Shown one piece after another: positions 7,031 through 16,910 of a stretch of DNA of 31,642 nucleotides. Origin of the DNA: a virus (Duplodnaviria; Caudoviricetes); IMG/VR virus record IMGVR_UViG_3300038674_000185, positions 1 through 31,642 of that record. One strand, written 5' to 3'. Below the pieces are notes generated by a model that did not search any database, was not told the DNA's origin, and saw only the letters and a program-made list of their open reading frames with translations. The translations under genes and the position numbers were made by a program. Each line of letters begins with the position of its first letter. The stretch's first letter is position 1.

Positions 7031-8461
7031 ATGGCATTTTTCCACGGAGTTCGCACACAAGAGCTCGACACGAAAGTTTACGCCATCCGGGAAGTCGATT
7101 CCGCGCTTCCGTTCGTGGTGGCAACGGCGCCCGTCCACACGCTGACAAATCCGTCTGCGGTTGTGAACGTGCCCAAGATCATTTTTTCGTATTCCGAATT
7201 CATCAGCACATTCGGGGCCGTTCCCGACGATGAGTACGAAGCGGATTACGGGCTGAACGAATTCGCCCGGATCTATTTCACCCTCTACAACATGGCTCCT
7301 ATCGTCTGTGTGAACGTGTTCGATCCCACCGTCCACAAAACTGCTGTTGCGGCTGAATCCAAGACCTTCAGTTCTGACGGAACCATCACACTGACAAACA
7401 AGTGGGTATCTGGGATTGTCGTGAAATCGTCCAATGGCCTGACCACCTACGACCTGACCGACGACTACACCGTAGCGCACGGGGCCGACGGAACGTGTAC
7501 CATCACCAGGGTAACGGACGGAGATATCGTTGCTCTGTCAAGTGTCAAGGTGGACTACGATTATGCCGACGTGGGCGAGGTTGAAGCCGCCGACATCGTA
7601 GGCACTTATGACGCCGCGACGGAAGCCTATACAGGGCTCGAGTGCTCGGAACTGGTGTTCCCGACAATGGGCAAAGTTATCGGGTCCGTTGTGTGTCCTG
7701 GTTGGTCTACTGACGCCACGGTCGCCACGAAAATGATTTCGGTCGCAACGCTCTCCTCGGGTCACTTCAAGGCTATGGCTTTTATCGACATTCCGACGAC
7801 AGAAGTCAATTCAGCCGATGCAGTGGCCTACAAAGCGGACTATGGTTCCCCCTTTGCGGCGGTATGCTGGCCGAAGGTCTATCAGGGAACAGCCACGGAA
7901 TGGCTCTCCTGTCATGCGGCTGCTCTGTGTGCCAAGACCGACTATGAGAACAGTGGAATCCCTTACGAGAGCCCGTCAAACAAGACGCTCTCCATCTCCG
8001 GCCCCACCATCCCGCTCGGGCTGACGGTAGCCAACTACCTGAACGAGCAGGGCATTGTGACCGTCAACCGATTCTCCACCGGATGGAAGCTCTGGGGTAA
8101 CCGCACCTCGGCATTCCCGGAAAGCACTGATATCAAAGACGCTTTCATTCCGTGCCGGCGCATGGCAAATTTCATCGAAAATAACCTCGTCATCAACACC
8201 TGGCAGAAAGTTGACGATCCTGTCAACCGCCGTTTGATCGAGACAGTCAAAGACACAACGAACATTTGGCTCAATGGCTACGTCGGGATGGGGCAACTCC
8301 TTGGTGCCCGTGTGGAATTCCTTGAGCAGGAAAATCCCATCACGGACCTCCTGGCCGGGAAGATCAAATTCCACATTTACTACCTGGCTCCGCCCCCGGC
8401 TGAGGACATCGTTTTTATCCTTGAGGTGGACACGTCCTACTTTTCAACGCTATTCGCGTAG
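7031..8461 (+). CDS. contractile tail sheath protein (P2 FI-like)
   Basis: FFHGV N-terminus; PYESPSNK, NYLNEQGIVT and KLWGNRT motifs. Confidence 0.95.
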   Translation: MAFFHGVRTQELDTKVYAIREVDSALPFVVATAPVHTLTNPSAVVNVPKIIFSYSEFISTFGAVPDDEYEADYGLNEFARIYFTLYNMAPIVCVNVFDPTVHKTAVAAESKTFSSDGTITLTNKWVSGIVVKSSNGLTTYDLTDDYTVAHGADGTCTITRVTDGDIVALSSVKVDYDYADVGEVEAADIVGTYDAATEAYTGLECSELVFPTMGKVIGSVVCPGWSTDATVATKMISVATLSSGHFKAMAFIDIPTTEVNSADAVAYKADYGSPFAAVCWPKVYQGTATEWLSCHAAALCAKTDYENSGIPYESPSNKTLSISGPTIPLGLTVANYLNEQGIVTVNRFSTGWKLWGNRTSAFPESTDIKDAFIPCRRMANFIENNLVINTWQKVDDPVNRRLIETVKDTTNIWLNGYVGMGQLLGARVEFLEQENPITDLLAGKIKFHIYYLAPPPAEDIVFILEVDTSYFSTLFA

Positions 8462-8476
8462 CGGATCGGTGGTGGG

Positions 8477-8794
8477 ATGAAGGAAGATTTCTGTTCTTTC
8501 CATAACGAATTTAGCCAGCAGGTCATGGGCATTCTCAACGGCATCCGAGGGGATGTCCGTTGGATGCTCAAAATCGGTGGTTTCGTGCTTGTGGTCTGTG
8601 GCGCCATGCTGTCCCTGACGTTTCCTCTATTGCGCGATCTCGTGACATCCATGGCCGATATCCGAAACGACATCAGGATACATGAGAGTAGGATTGTCAT
8701 CCTGGAACGAAACGATGAGAAGCTTTTCGCGGTAAAGGAAAAGCGCGATGCACAGATTCAAGAGCTCCTGCGAAAAATGGAAACAGGGCATTGA
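8477..8794 (+). CDS. single-TM coiled-coil membrane protein of the lysis cassette (holin/antiholin-like)
   Basis: hydrophobic WMLKIGGFVLVVCGAMLSLTFPLL segment followed by coiled coil. Confidence 0.55.
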   Translation: MKEDFCSFHNEFSQQVMGILNGIRGDVRWMLKIGGFVLVVCGAMLSLTFPLLRDLVTSMADIRNDIRIHESRIVILERNDEKLFAVKEKRDAQIQELLRKMETGH

Positions 8795-8890
8795 CCATTC
8801 CGCAAGCCTGCCGCACATGTATTTATGTCGGGTGGGGGTGCCCTTTCCCGTCGGATGATCTGTGCGGATCGGCAAGGAGGACAACGAACG

Positions 8891-9340
8891 ATGAGAAAAT
8901 GGATAATGCTTTTGCTTTGTTTGATCCTGGTGTCGTGCGCGGGATGGAACTCAATGAGCCGGGAAAAGAAGATTGAAGCAACCGTCTCGTATTATCGAAC
9001 CTTTTCCGCCGGCCTTTCCATGGCCGCCGACATTGCCGCCTCAGTAAAACCCGAACTCGCTCCAGCCGTTCAAACCGCCAAAACAACCATCAGGATCATG
9101 GATGCAGCAGTCGATGCATACGCTGCCAAGCAGACCACAGAGCAAGCTCATGTCGTTTATGGAGCTGCCCAGGCCGCGAATGCTGCCGTTGCCGAGATTG
9201 CTGTTACGGATGCAAAGGAGTCGCAAATACAAAGTTTTTTCGACGACTCAACACCTCGGACGGTTTGCCGTGGTTCAAATCCCGTTCGGATGGTTCGGTA
9301 TGGGATCAATCTCAATGGCCCGGAAACCTTCTCAGGGTGA
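8891..9340 (+). CDS. lipoprotein in the lysis cassette
   Basis: AAGGAGG RBS; signal MRKWIMLLLCLILVS-C lipobox; Ala-rich helices. Confidence 0.7.
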   Translation: MRKWIMLLLCLILVSCAGWNSMSREKKIEATVSYYRTFSAGLSMAADIAASVKPELAPAVQTAKTTIRIMDAAVDAYAAKQTTEQAHVVYGAAQAANAAVAEIAVTDAKESQIQSFFDDSTPRTVCRGSNPVRMVRYGINLNGPETFSG

Positions 9341-9358
9341 AAGTTTGGAGGTGGTAAA

Positions 9359-9784
9359 GTGGATCTAGACAAGCTCCGATCGGAGTTGCGACGGGATGAG
9401 GGAATCAGGCTCAGAGCATATACTTGCTCTGCAGGACACCGTACCATCGGTTATGGGCACAATCTCTCTTCACGCGGGCTTGAGACGATGAAGTCTTGCA
9501 CACTGGAGCAAGCGAAAGCGTGGCTTGAGCAGGACATCATTGAGGCAGTCAAGATAGCGAAAAAGCTCTTCCCGTCCTTCAACGACCTGGACGACGCACG
9601 GCAGCGGGTGCTCACGAATATGGCTTTCTGTCTGGGCTGGAAGCTGAACGAATTCAACATGCTCAAATTGGCAGTCGCTCGTCGGGATTGGGTGTGGGCT
9701 GCCGGGGAGATACTGGATAGTGCATTTGCACGACAGACCGGAGCACGGGCGCAACGCCTGGCTCAGATGATGCGGGAGGGGTGA
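9359..9784 (+). CDS. endolysin, GH24/T4-lysozyme family
   Basis: DEGIRLRAYTCSAGHRTIGYGHNL (E-x8-C-x5-T triad); C-terminal ARQTGARAQRL. Confidence 0.92.
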   Translation: MDLDKLRSELRRDEGIRLRAYTCSAGHRTIGYGHNLSSRGLETMKSCTLEQAKAWLEQDIIEAVKIAKKLFPSFNDLDDARQRVLTNMAFCLGWKLNEFNMLKLAVARRDWVWAAGEILDSAFARQTGARAQRLAQMMREG

Positions 9785-10020
9785 TGGAAACGGCAATCAA
9801 TTGGATTCTAGGACAGCTCGTCTCGGGATGGTGGCTGGTGACGGTGGTGGTCAACTGGTCCATTGCCAATCCTGCTGCCGCCGCGTTTTGGGGTGGCGTT
9901 TGGCTAACTGCCCTAAATTATCTCGTAAAAATCACGCCGACAAGCGTGGATGATTCGTTGCTTGATGCGATTTCAAAGGCGATTTCTAACGGCCTCGAAA
10001 GGGCAAGGGGAAAAAAATAA
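9784..10020 (+). CDS. putative holin
   Basis: two hydrophobic segments, TPTSVDD motif, basic C-terminus; adjacent to endolysin. Confidence 0.7.
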   Translation: METAINWILGQLVSGWWLVTVVVNWSIANPAAAAFWGGVWLTALNYLVKITPTSVDDSLLDAISKAISNGLERARGKK

Positions 10021-10550
10021 TGGCAAACGTAAAAATCCCTAACATGCTGAAAGACGCAAACGTATATGTCAACGGCGAGGACTTTGCCGGTAAGGCCGAG
10101 CTTGAGCCGCCCAAGGTGACGCAACTCACCGAGGATTACACCGCCATGGGGATCTCTGGGAAAGTGAACCTGCCGTTCCACGGGCAGGTGGACTCGATGG
10201 AAGGAACGTTGAAATTCTCATCCATCGTGGCAAATGCCCACAAGATTCTGTGTGATCCCTCCACTGCTCATCACGTGGACGTGCGCGGGTCCGTGCAGCA
10301 GTACGATACACAGAGTGGCAAAATGGAAGAATTCCCAGTCAAGATCATCTTGAGGGCGTTTTTTAAGGAATCGGCCCATCCGGTATACAAGGCAGCGCAG
10401 AACGAGGGGCCGGAATTCACGTTTTCAGCCATCTACATGAAGGTCACGATCGATGGTGAAGACGTTCTTGAAGTGGACCCCATGGCTTATATTTATCGGG
10501 TCAATGGAAATGATGTCCTGGCACAAACGAAAGCCAATCTCGGTATGTAA
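10020..10550 (+). CDS. tail tube protein (P2 FII-like)
   Basis: DANVYVNGEDFAG N-terminus; EVDPMAYIYRVNGNDVLA...NLG C-terminus. Confidence 0.9.
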   Translation: MANVKIPNMLKDANVYVNGEDFAGKAELEPPKVTQLTEDYTAMGISGKVNLPFHGQVDSMEGTLKFSSIVANAHKILCDPSTAHHVDVRGSVQQYDTQSGKMEEFPVKIILRAFFKESAHPVYKAAQNEGPEFTFSAIYMKVTIDGEDVLEVDPMAYIYRVNGNDVLAQTKANLGM

Positions 10551-10574
10551 CGCCGAAACGGAGGGGGAATTTTT

Positions 10575-10844
10575 ATGGCTACTGAAAAAGCGAGACAGGT
10601 CAAAGTCGAAAAAGAGCTTTCATCGGGCAAGAAAATCCGTGTCTTTCGAGGCACGGCAAGAGACATGGTGAAGGCTCAGATGATGTGCTCACGTCCCGAA
10701 GAGGCGCAGCTTGCCCTTGCCGCCTTGCTCATCGAGATGGACGGGAAGATGATCCCATATGAGGACTGGCAGGACATGGATCTTGATGATTATTTGGAAT
10801 GCCTGCCTTTTTTGCTCGGATCCCCGACGACCCCGCAAAATTAA
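10575..10844 (+). CDS. tail assembly chaperone (P2 gpE/Mu gp41-like)
   Basis: GTARDM and EDWQDMDLDDY motifs; between tube and tape measure. Confidence 0.85.
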   Translation: MATEKARQVKVEKELSSGKKIRVFRGTARDMVKAQMMCSRPEEAQLALAALLIEMDGKMIPYEDWQDMDLDDYLECLPFLLGSPTTPQN

Positions 10845-10975
10845 TCATTCAGTTTTGCCGGGAAGTCGGGTGGGGCATTATTGAAGTAATGGCGATGGAA
10901 GACGACGAGTTTTTGATGTGGATGGGTAAACTGGACGAAGTGCTGAGGGTGGAAGCGGAGCAGGTGAATGGCTGA
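10808..10975 (+). CDS. -1 frameshift extension of the tail chaperone (P2 gpE+E'-like)
   Basis: slippery T TTT TTG at 10808-10814; -1 frame reads FARIPDDPAKLIIQFCREVGWGIIEVMAMEDDEFLMW... to TGA 10975. Confidence 0.8.
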   Translation, partial: FFARIPDDPAKLIIQFCREVGWGIIEVMAMEDDEFLMWMGKLDEVLRVEAEQVNG

Positions 10976-13601
10976 TTTCGGGAAGATGTTCAAGGTCGGG
11001 CTTTACTTCGACATGATCGACCGGGTTTCCGGTCCTCTGACGAAGATGAACGCCGCCATGATGGCGACGGAGCACCGGGCGCTTCGCATCGGTGAATCCT
11101 TGAGCCGTTCCGGGCAGGCCATGTCATCGGTAGGCATGAAAATGGCCGCCACTGGTGCCGCAATGGCAGCCGCTTTCGTCCTGCCAACTAAAGCTGCCAT
11201 CGAGTTTGAATCCAAGATGGCCGACATACGGAAAGTCGTTGATTTCCCGACTCCTGAATCTTTTAAGCGGATGGGCGATGATATCCTGAAGATGACCTAC
11301 GGGCTTCAGGGCATTCCGATGGCCGTGAATGAGCTCCAAGACATTGTGAAAGCCGCCGGGGAATCCGACGTTGCCAAGACCCACGAAGAGCTTCTTGCGT
11401 TTGCCCGTGACGCCGCCAAACTCGGGGTTGCGTTTGACGTAGCAGGCGCCCAGGCCGGTGAGATCATGACTTCCTGGCGCATGTCCATGAATCTTGCTCA
11501 GGATCAGGCGCTTCAACTCGCAGACGCGGTAAATTATCTCAGCAACAACATGGCTTCAAACGCTGCCGATCTTTCCGAGATCCTCAAAAGACAGGGCGCC
11601 GTGGGCGTCAATTCGGGACTGACTGCCGTTCAGACCGCCGCGCTTGCATCGGCTTTTAAAAGCACAGGAATACAGACTGAGATCGCCGCAACAGGCATGA
11701 AAAACTTCCTAAATGCTCTCACGCAGGGCGAGAAGGCGACACCAAAGGATACGAAGGCATTTGAGTCTCTAGGACTCGACGCTGTCAAAGTCGCAAAAGC
11801 CATGCAGCAAGACGCCCTCCCGACGATCATGGACGTATTGCAGCGCATTCAAAAGATCGAGGCGTGGAGGCAGCCGGCCATCATCTCTCAGATATTCGGA
11901 GAGGAATCTAAGGGCGCTATTATGCCCCTGCTCACCAATTTAGACTTAGTGCGTAAGGCTTTCGGTCTGGTGGGGGATAGCACCAAATATGCCGGATCCA
12001 TGCAAGCAGAATTTGACGTGCGAAGCAAAACCACGGCGAATGCCCTGCAACTCGCAGGGAACGCCATCAAGGCTCTCGGGATCAATATCGGCTCCATTTT
12101 CCTGCCATACGTGGCCGAGGCCGCGAACCGAGTGAATCTGTTCGTTGAACGCCTCATCAATTGGGGGAAGGAGCACCAGACCCTAGCCAAGATTATGACG
12201 CTAGGAACAGCCGGTGTGAGTGCGTTTCTCCTTGTGGTCGGTGGAGGGCTCACCCTTCTCGGGCTGTTCGTCTCAGGTGTCGGGAGTGGCATCACAGCCA
12301 TTGTGAAACTCGTTTCGGTCATGCGATTGCTTGCCGGTGCCTTTTCGCTGGCCTCAGCCGGGGCTGTTCTGCTCAATCCCGTCACTCTTGTAATCGCCGC
12401 ACTCGCAGCGAGCGCCGTAGTTCTCTGGAAAAATTGGGACCGGGTGAGAGCGCTCTTCTCTGGCTTTTGGGGCGCCGTGAGCCCATCTCTAACTCCATTC
12501 ATTAACGCTTTGAAGACAGTCTACGATTGGGCCGGTAGGGCATGGGACAAAATCAAGGAATGGACGACGGGCGGTGAAACGATATCCGTCCCAAAAGTCG
12601 CATTCGATAACGCGCAGGCCATAGCCGAGGCAGCGGAAGCCGGGAGACGGCAGGGCGAAGCATTCGCGGGGCATCTCTCCCGCACAATTACCGACACTCA
12701 ATCCATTTGGAGCTCTATTACTCAGGCCGCGTCAACCGCCGGCGCTGGGATCGATTCGGCTTTCAGGTCTACCGCAAGCAGTGTAATTCAGGCTTTCAAC
12801 TGGATCGGGAGTCAGGGGCAGGCGGCATGGGCGGGGATTCAGAGCACGGCAACGGAGGCAGGGACCGCCATCCATAACTCGTTTCAGACGGCTTCAAACG
12901 CCATCGTGACCGCTTTCGGGTGGGTGGGGCAAAAATGGGATCAAGTCATTTCAGCCATTAAGACAGCGGCGGACGGCTTGGTTTCCAAATTCACCTCCGT
13001 CTGGACTGCCATTACATCCTTTGATCTGTTCGGTGCAGGGCAACGCATGATCCAACGGCTCATCGATGGGATCATGTCGAAAATATCCGCCGTGACCGAA
13101 GCAGTCAAGGGCGTGGCATCCTCGATATCCAACTACCTGGTGCCTCACTCCCCCATTCCAATGGGGCCGCTCTCGGAAATCCATCTTGCCGGCTACCGGC
13201 TTATGGATATGGTCCGACAGGGTATAGAGGCCTCGCCTATTACTCGGGCACTCAATGACGCGCTTGCTTACACTGTCCCGCAAATGACAATGGCCGGGGC
13301 ACAATATCCGTTCCAGACAATGCCGCAATCAGTGATCCAACAGTCGGAAAATCAACAGTCCTTCCCTGCGCTATCACGCGCTCGGGCGGGTAGTGGTTGG
13401 CTGGCTGCATCTCCCTCCGTGCAGGTCAGCCTGTCCTACTCCCCCCAAATTACCATCCAGGGAGACAAGGGGACAGGGGCCACGCAAAAGCTCTTGACCG
13501 AGAACGCAAGGGATATGGAGGATCGCGTCTACAACGCAGTGCGCCGGGCAATGCAGCGGCGAGATAGGATCGAATTTGGCGCAGAGGACATACACTACTA
13601 G
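10968..13601 (+). CDS. tail tape measure protein (TP901-family core)
   Basis: 877 aa; FESKMADIRKVVD, Ala-rich helices, periodic W/F repeats, PHSPIPMGPLS motif. Confidence 0.95.
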   Translation: MADFGKMFKVGLYFDMIDRVSGPLTKMNAAMMATEHRALRIGESLSRSGQAMSSVGMKMAATGAAMAAAFVLPTKAAIEFESKMADIRKVVDFPTPESFKRMGDDILKMTYGLQGIPMAVNELQDIVKAAGESDVAKTHEELLAFARDAAKLGVAFDVAGAQAGEIMTSWRMSMNLAQDQALQLADAVNYLSNNMASNAADLSEILKRQGAVGVNSGLTAVQTAALASAFKSTGIQTEIAATGMKNFLNALTQGEKATPKDTKAFESLGLDAVKVAKAMQQDALPTIMDVLQRIQKIEAWRQPAIISQIFGEESKGAIMPLLTNLDLVRKAFGLVGDSTKYAGSMQAEFDVRSKTTANALQLAGNAIKALGINIGSIFLPYVAEAANRVNLFVERLINWGKEHQTLAKIMTLGTAGVSAFLLVVGGGLTLLGLFVSGVGSGITAIVKLVSVMRLLAGAFSLASAGAVLLNPVTLVIAALAASAVVLWKNWDRVRALFSGFWGAVSPSLTPFINALKTVYDWAGRAWDKIKEWTTGGETISVPKVAFDNAQAIAEAAEAGRRQGEAFAGHLSRTITDTQSIWSSITQAASTAGAGIDSAFRSTASSVIQAFNWIGSQGQAAWAGIQSTATEAGTAIHNSFQTASNAIVTAFGWVGQKWDQVISAIKTAADGLVSKFTSVWTAITSFDLFGAGQRMIQRLIDGIMSKISAVTEAVKGVASSISNYLVPHSPIPMGPLSEIHLAGYRLMDMVRQGIEASPITRALNDALAYTVPQMTMAGAQYPFQTMPQSVIQQSENQQSFPALSRARAGSGWLAASPSVQVSLSYSPQITIQGDKGTGATQKLLTENARDMEDRVYNAVRRAMQRRDRIEFGAEDIHY

Positions 13602-13791
13602 CCAGGGCGACGCATGGGACGAGGTCAGCAAGTGGGCTTACGGGTCGGAACTCTACATGCATGAGATCATGGCCGCCAATCCTGAATATCGGGATTATGT
13701 GACGTTTCCCGGGGGGATTGTGCTGACTGTCCCTGACGTTGACGTGCGGCAATTCCCGACCGTAACGCCTCCGTGGAAGAGAGCGGTATGA
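13576..13791 (+). CDS. tail protein X (P2 gpX, LysM-like)
   Basis: YTTSQGDAWD...YGSE...IMAANP...PPWKR. Confidence 0.9.
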   Translation: MAQRTYTTSQGDAWDEVSKWAYGSELYMHEIMAANPEYRDYVTFPGGIVLTVPDVDVRQFPTVTPPWKRAV

Positions 13792-13940
13792 GCATCGAGG
13801 ACAAGATTCAGCGCATCACGGCATCACTCATCCACCTGGGGATTTACGATCTGATCCCGGCCAGGGAGATCAAGCGACGGTCAGGTCAAGCACTGTTGGA
13901 TTTTTTGAAATCATCCATGTTTGCATATCTCACCGAATAG
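13788..13940 (+). CDS. 50-aa hypothetical protein (not in ORF track), paralog A
   Basis: ATGA overlap with the gpX stop; aligns without gaps to the next ORF. Confidence 0.7.
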   Translation: MSIEDKIQRITASLIHLGIYDLIPAREIKRRSGQALLDFLKSSMFAYLTE

Positions 13941-13952
13941 AAAGGAACCACC

Positions 13953-14117
13953 ATGGCCGAACTCACGACAGACCAGAAGATCAGCAAGCTCAAAACCGTT
14001 CTCATCTACCTCGGGGCCTATACTGCCTCGGTAATCAACACCTGCCGGACCCTGAGCGGGGTGGACCTGCTCGAATACCTCAAAATGGTGGTTATCGAAA
14101 CGGTGCAGGAATTCTAA
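13953..14117 (+). CDS. 54-aa hypothetical protein (not in ORF track), paralog B
   Basis: AAGGA RBS; shares KI...LIxLGxY...SG..LL(D/E)(F/Y)LK with the upstream ORF. Confidence 0.7.
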   Translation: MAELTTDQKISKLKTVLIYLGAYTASVINTCRTLSGVDLLEYLKMVVIETVQEF

Positions 14118-14134
14118 GCGCAAGGACGGCATCA

Positions 14135-15379
14135 ATGGACAAGCGAATAAAGCTCGAATGGCTTAACCCGGAAACCCTAAAACCAAACCCTATGAATTGG
14201 CGCACTCATCCCGAGCGACAGAAGAAAGTCCTCGATGCCGTCCTGTCCGAAGTGGGGTGGGCCGGGGTTGCTTTGTTCAATAAACGCACGGGCCACTTGA
14301 TTGACGGCCACGCAAGGCGGGATTGGGCGATTAAGAACGGGGTGGAGATGCCTGTGCTGGTCGGGGAATGGGACGAGAAAGACGAAAAGAAGATCCTGGC
14401 TACACTGGACCCCATTGCGGCAATGGCAGAGCAGACCAACGAAACGCTACTGGAATTGCTGGATGGATTGGAGAGTAACAGCGAGGAGCTTTTGAAGTGG
14501 GCATCGGAATCCATAAACATGCTAACAGGACCAGACCTAAAAGCCGGGTTGACTGCCCCTGAAGATGTTCCGAAAGAACCAGAAAAGCCAGTTTCGGTTT
14601 TGGGGGATTTGTGGGTTCTCGGGAATCATCGGTTGATCTGTGGGGATAGCACTCAAGCTGATACGGTTTCAAAACTTCTCGGGCCAGTAAAGCCTCATCT
14701 CATGGTTACAGATCCGCCGTATGGTGTTGAGTATGAAGCGGACTGGAGGAACAAAGCATTAAGATCCGATGGCTCTCCCATTGGCGGTAGAGCCATCGGC
14801 AAGGTTGCAAACGACAATAAAGCCGACTGGCGTGAGGCTTGGGCACTATTTCCTGGAAATATTGCCTATGTTTGGCATGCGGGTTTATTTAGTGGGGTGG
14901 TTGCTGAAAGTCTTGAGGTGAACGGTTTTAAGCTACGGTCCCAAATAATATGGGCAAAAAGTAACTTTGTCATCGGACGAGGCGATTACCACTGGCACCA
15001 TGAGCCTTGCTGGTACGCCGTCAAAGGCACGGGAAACTGGACAGGCGACCGCAAGCAATCAACCCTATGGCAGATCGACAAGCCCCAGAAATCCGAAACA
15101 GGCCACAGCACACAGAAGCCCGTCGAGTGCATGCGCCGCCCTATGGAAAACAACAGTAGTCCCGGTCAGGCCATCTATGAGCCATTTTCGGGATCGGGAA
15201 CAACCATAATCGCCGGAGAGCAGATCGGTCGACACGTTTACGCTATCGAACTCAATCCAGCATATGTTGATATGGCCATAATGCGCTGGCAGAACTTCAC
15301 AGGGAATCAAGCTGTTTTGGATGGTGACGGTAGAACTTTCGATGAAATATCAAAATCAAGAATCATTGGGGGCGCCTAA
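14135..15379 (+). CDS. ParB/Srx N-terminal domain fused to an N6-adenine/N4-cytosine DNA methyltransferase (beta class)
   Basis: LKPNPMNWR...IDGHAR; HRLICGDST, VTDPPY, HSTQKP and EPFSGSGTT motifs. Confidence 0.92.
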   Translation: MDKRIKLEWLNPETLKPNPMNWRTHPERQKKVLDAVLSEVGWAGVALFNKRTGHLIDGHARRDWAIKNGVEMPVLVGEWDEKDEKKILATLDPIAAMAEQTNETLLELLDGLESNSEELLKWASESINMLTGPDLKAGLTAPEDVPKEPEKPVSVLGDLWVLGNHRLICGDSTQADTVSKLLGPVKPHLMVTDPPYGVEYEADWRNKALRSDGSPIGGRAIGKVANDNKADWREAWALFPGNIAYVWHAGLFSGVVAESLEVNGFKLRSQIIWAKSNFVIGRGDYHWHHEPCWYAVKGTGNWTGDRKQSTLWQIDKPQKSETGHSTQKPVECMRRPMENNSSPGQAIYEPFSGSGTTIIAGEQIGRHVYAIELNPAYVDMAIMRWQNFTGNQAVLDGDGRTFDEISKSRIIGGA

Positions 15380-16426
15380 ATGCCCGTTTACCCTGCCAGG
15401 AAATGCCGCCCCGAGATTTTCTACGCCAACACGGATTTGTGGAAGTGGCTCCAGGACTACCTTGTCCATTTCAGCTATTCCGATCATGTCCACGGGAAGG
15501 CGGACGAACTGGAACTCACCCTGGAGGACCGAGACCAGGTATGGCAATATCTCCCGAACCCGACGAAGGGCGCCGCGATCCTGGCAAATCTTGTATGCCT
15601 GGATTGGTACGGGCCGGGGCAGGACGTAACGCTTCGGTGCGGATGGTTCACGGTGGACGAGATCGAGGCCTCCGGGTTTCCCTCTCAGATACGCATCATG
15701 GCCCATTCGGCCAACGTCACCAAGGGAATGACGCAGTTTAAAAAATCGAGGGCCTGGGAAAACGTTACCTTCCGCACGGTTGCCCAGGATATCGCAGGCG
15801 AGCACGGCTTGGAGCTCAACTATGACGTGGACTATGACCCCAGGATGAAGCGCATTGACCAAGTAGAGCAACCGGATTTGGAATTCCTGCACCAGCACTG
15901 TAATAAGTGGGACATGCTCCTCAAGGTAGCCGAGAACCGTCTGATCATCGTCTCCCCGTCCGTCCTTGAGGGCGGGCCTCCCGTAAATCCAGGAATCGAC
16001 AAGGACGCCATCGGGCAATACCGCATCCGGGACAAGTCGAAGGACACGTACAAAACGTGCCGGGCCGTTTACCATGACCCCAAAAGCCGCGAACTGCATA
16101 AATCCGAGGTGGAAGACCCGGACATCCTGCGAGAAGGGGACCGCCTCGACATCAACGACCGGATGGAAAGCAGGGAACACGCGGAGCGCCGGGCAAGGAA
16201 AGAACTCCACCGGCGCAACAAATACGAATGCGAGGCAGAATTCACCATGATGGGCAGGCCGGACCTTGTGGCCGGGATTCCTGTCCCTGTGACGGGATTC
16301 GGGCTTTGGGACGGGGCGCACTTTATTGAGGAAACGCGCCACGATTACTCCCAGATGAGCGGATATATTACCAGCGTCAGAACCCGCAAGGGCAGAGCAT
16401 TGGACAGCGAATATGCCGTTAGGTAA
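15380..16426 (+). CDS. baseplate hub / late control protein D (P2 gpD family)
   Basis: GKADELELTLEDRD, DLEFL and GRPDLVAG...GFGLWDG motifs. Confidence 0.9.
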   Translation: MPVYPARKCRPEIFYANTDLWKWLQDYLVHFSYSDHVHGKADELELTLEDRDQVWQYLPNPTKGAAILANLVCLDWYGPGQDVTLRCGWFTVDEIEASGFPSQIRIMAHSANVTKGMTQFKKSRAWENVTFRTVAQDIAGEHGLELNYDVDYDPRMKRIDQVEQPDLEFLHQHCNKWDMLLKVAENRLIIVSPSVLEGGPPVNPGIDKDAIGQYRIRDKSKDTYKTCRAVYHDPKSRELHKSEVEDPDILREGDRLDINDRMESREHAERRARKELHRRNKYECEAEFTMMGRPDLVAGIPVPVTGFGLWDGAHFIEETRHDYSQMSGYITSVRTRKGRALDSEYAVR

Positions 16427-16910
16427 AAGCCAGGGCATCAGGAATGCCATCGAAGAGTTCGCGCGGCGAGTCATCCGCGTGGGGGTCGTGGAGTCCGTGG
16501 CTTCAGGGGGCAGGGTCCGCGTGGCCTTCCCGGACCAGGGGGAAGACGGGCTCAGGACCTGGGAATTTCAAGTGCTCCATCACCGCGCCGGGGCCGATGC
16601 CTTTTACTGGATGCCGGAAGTGGGGGAGCATGTCGTCTGCCTGACGTTGCCCTACGGCTCGAGCGAGGGTTTTGTGGTCGGTAGCTACTACGGAAGCCCG
16701 CCCGTGTCGTCCACCTCGAAGGCCCATGTGGAATGGTCGGATGGGACATGGATTCAATACGACCGGGCATCCAAAAAACTACGCATTCAGTGCATGGGGG
16801 ATGTGATCATTGAATCCCCCACCAAGATCCTGCTTAGGGCCCCCCTTGTCCGGGGCGCCCCGGTTTTGGAGAAGGACGCCACACACCCCATTGAGGATAA
16901 GAACGCATGA
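16413..16910 (+). CDS. baseplate spike protein V (P2 gpV/Mu gp45)
   Basis: RVRVAFPD, WMPEVGEHVVC and WSDGTWIQYDR motifs. Confidence 0.9.
   Translation: MPLGKSQGIRNAIEEFARRVIRVGVVESVASGGRVRVAFPDQGEDGLRTWEFQVLHHRAGADAFYWMPEVGEHVVCLTLPYGSSEGFVVGSYYGSPPVSSTSKAHVEWSDGTWIQYDRASKKLRIQCMGDVIIESPTKILLRAPLVRGAPVLEKDATHPIEDKNA

Noticed and set aside
12700-13020. Trp/Phe-periodic repeats in the tape measure
   Set aside because: An ordinary feature of tape measure proteins.
15356-16474. Long antisense ORFs (also 3983-4945, 19818-20786 and others)
   Set aside because: They shadow well-supported phage genes and have no motifs or RBS.
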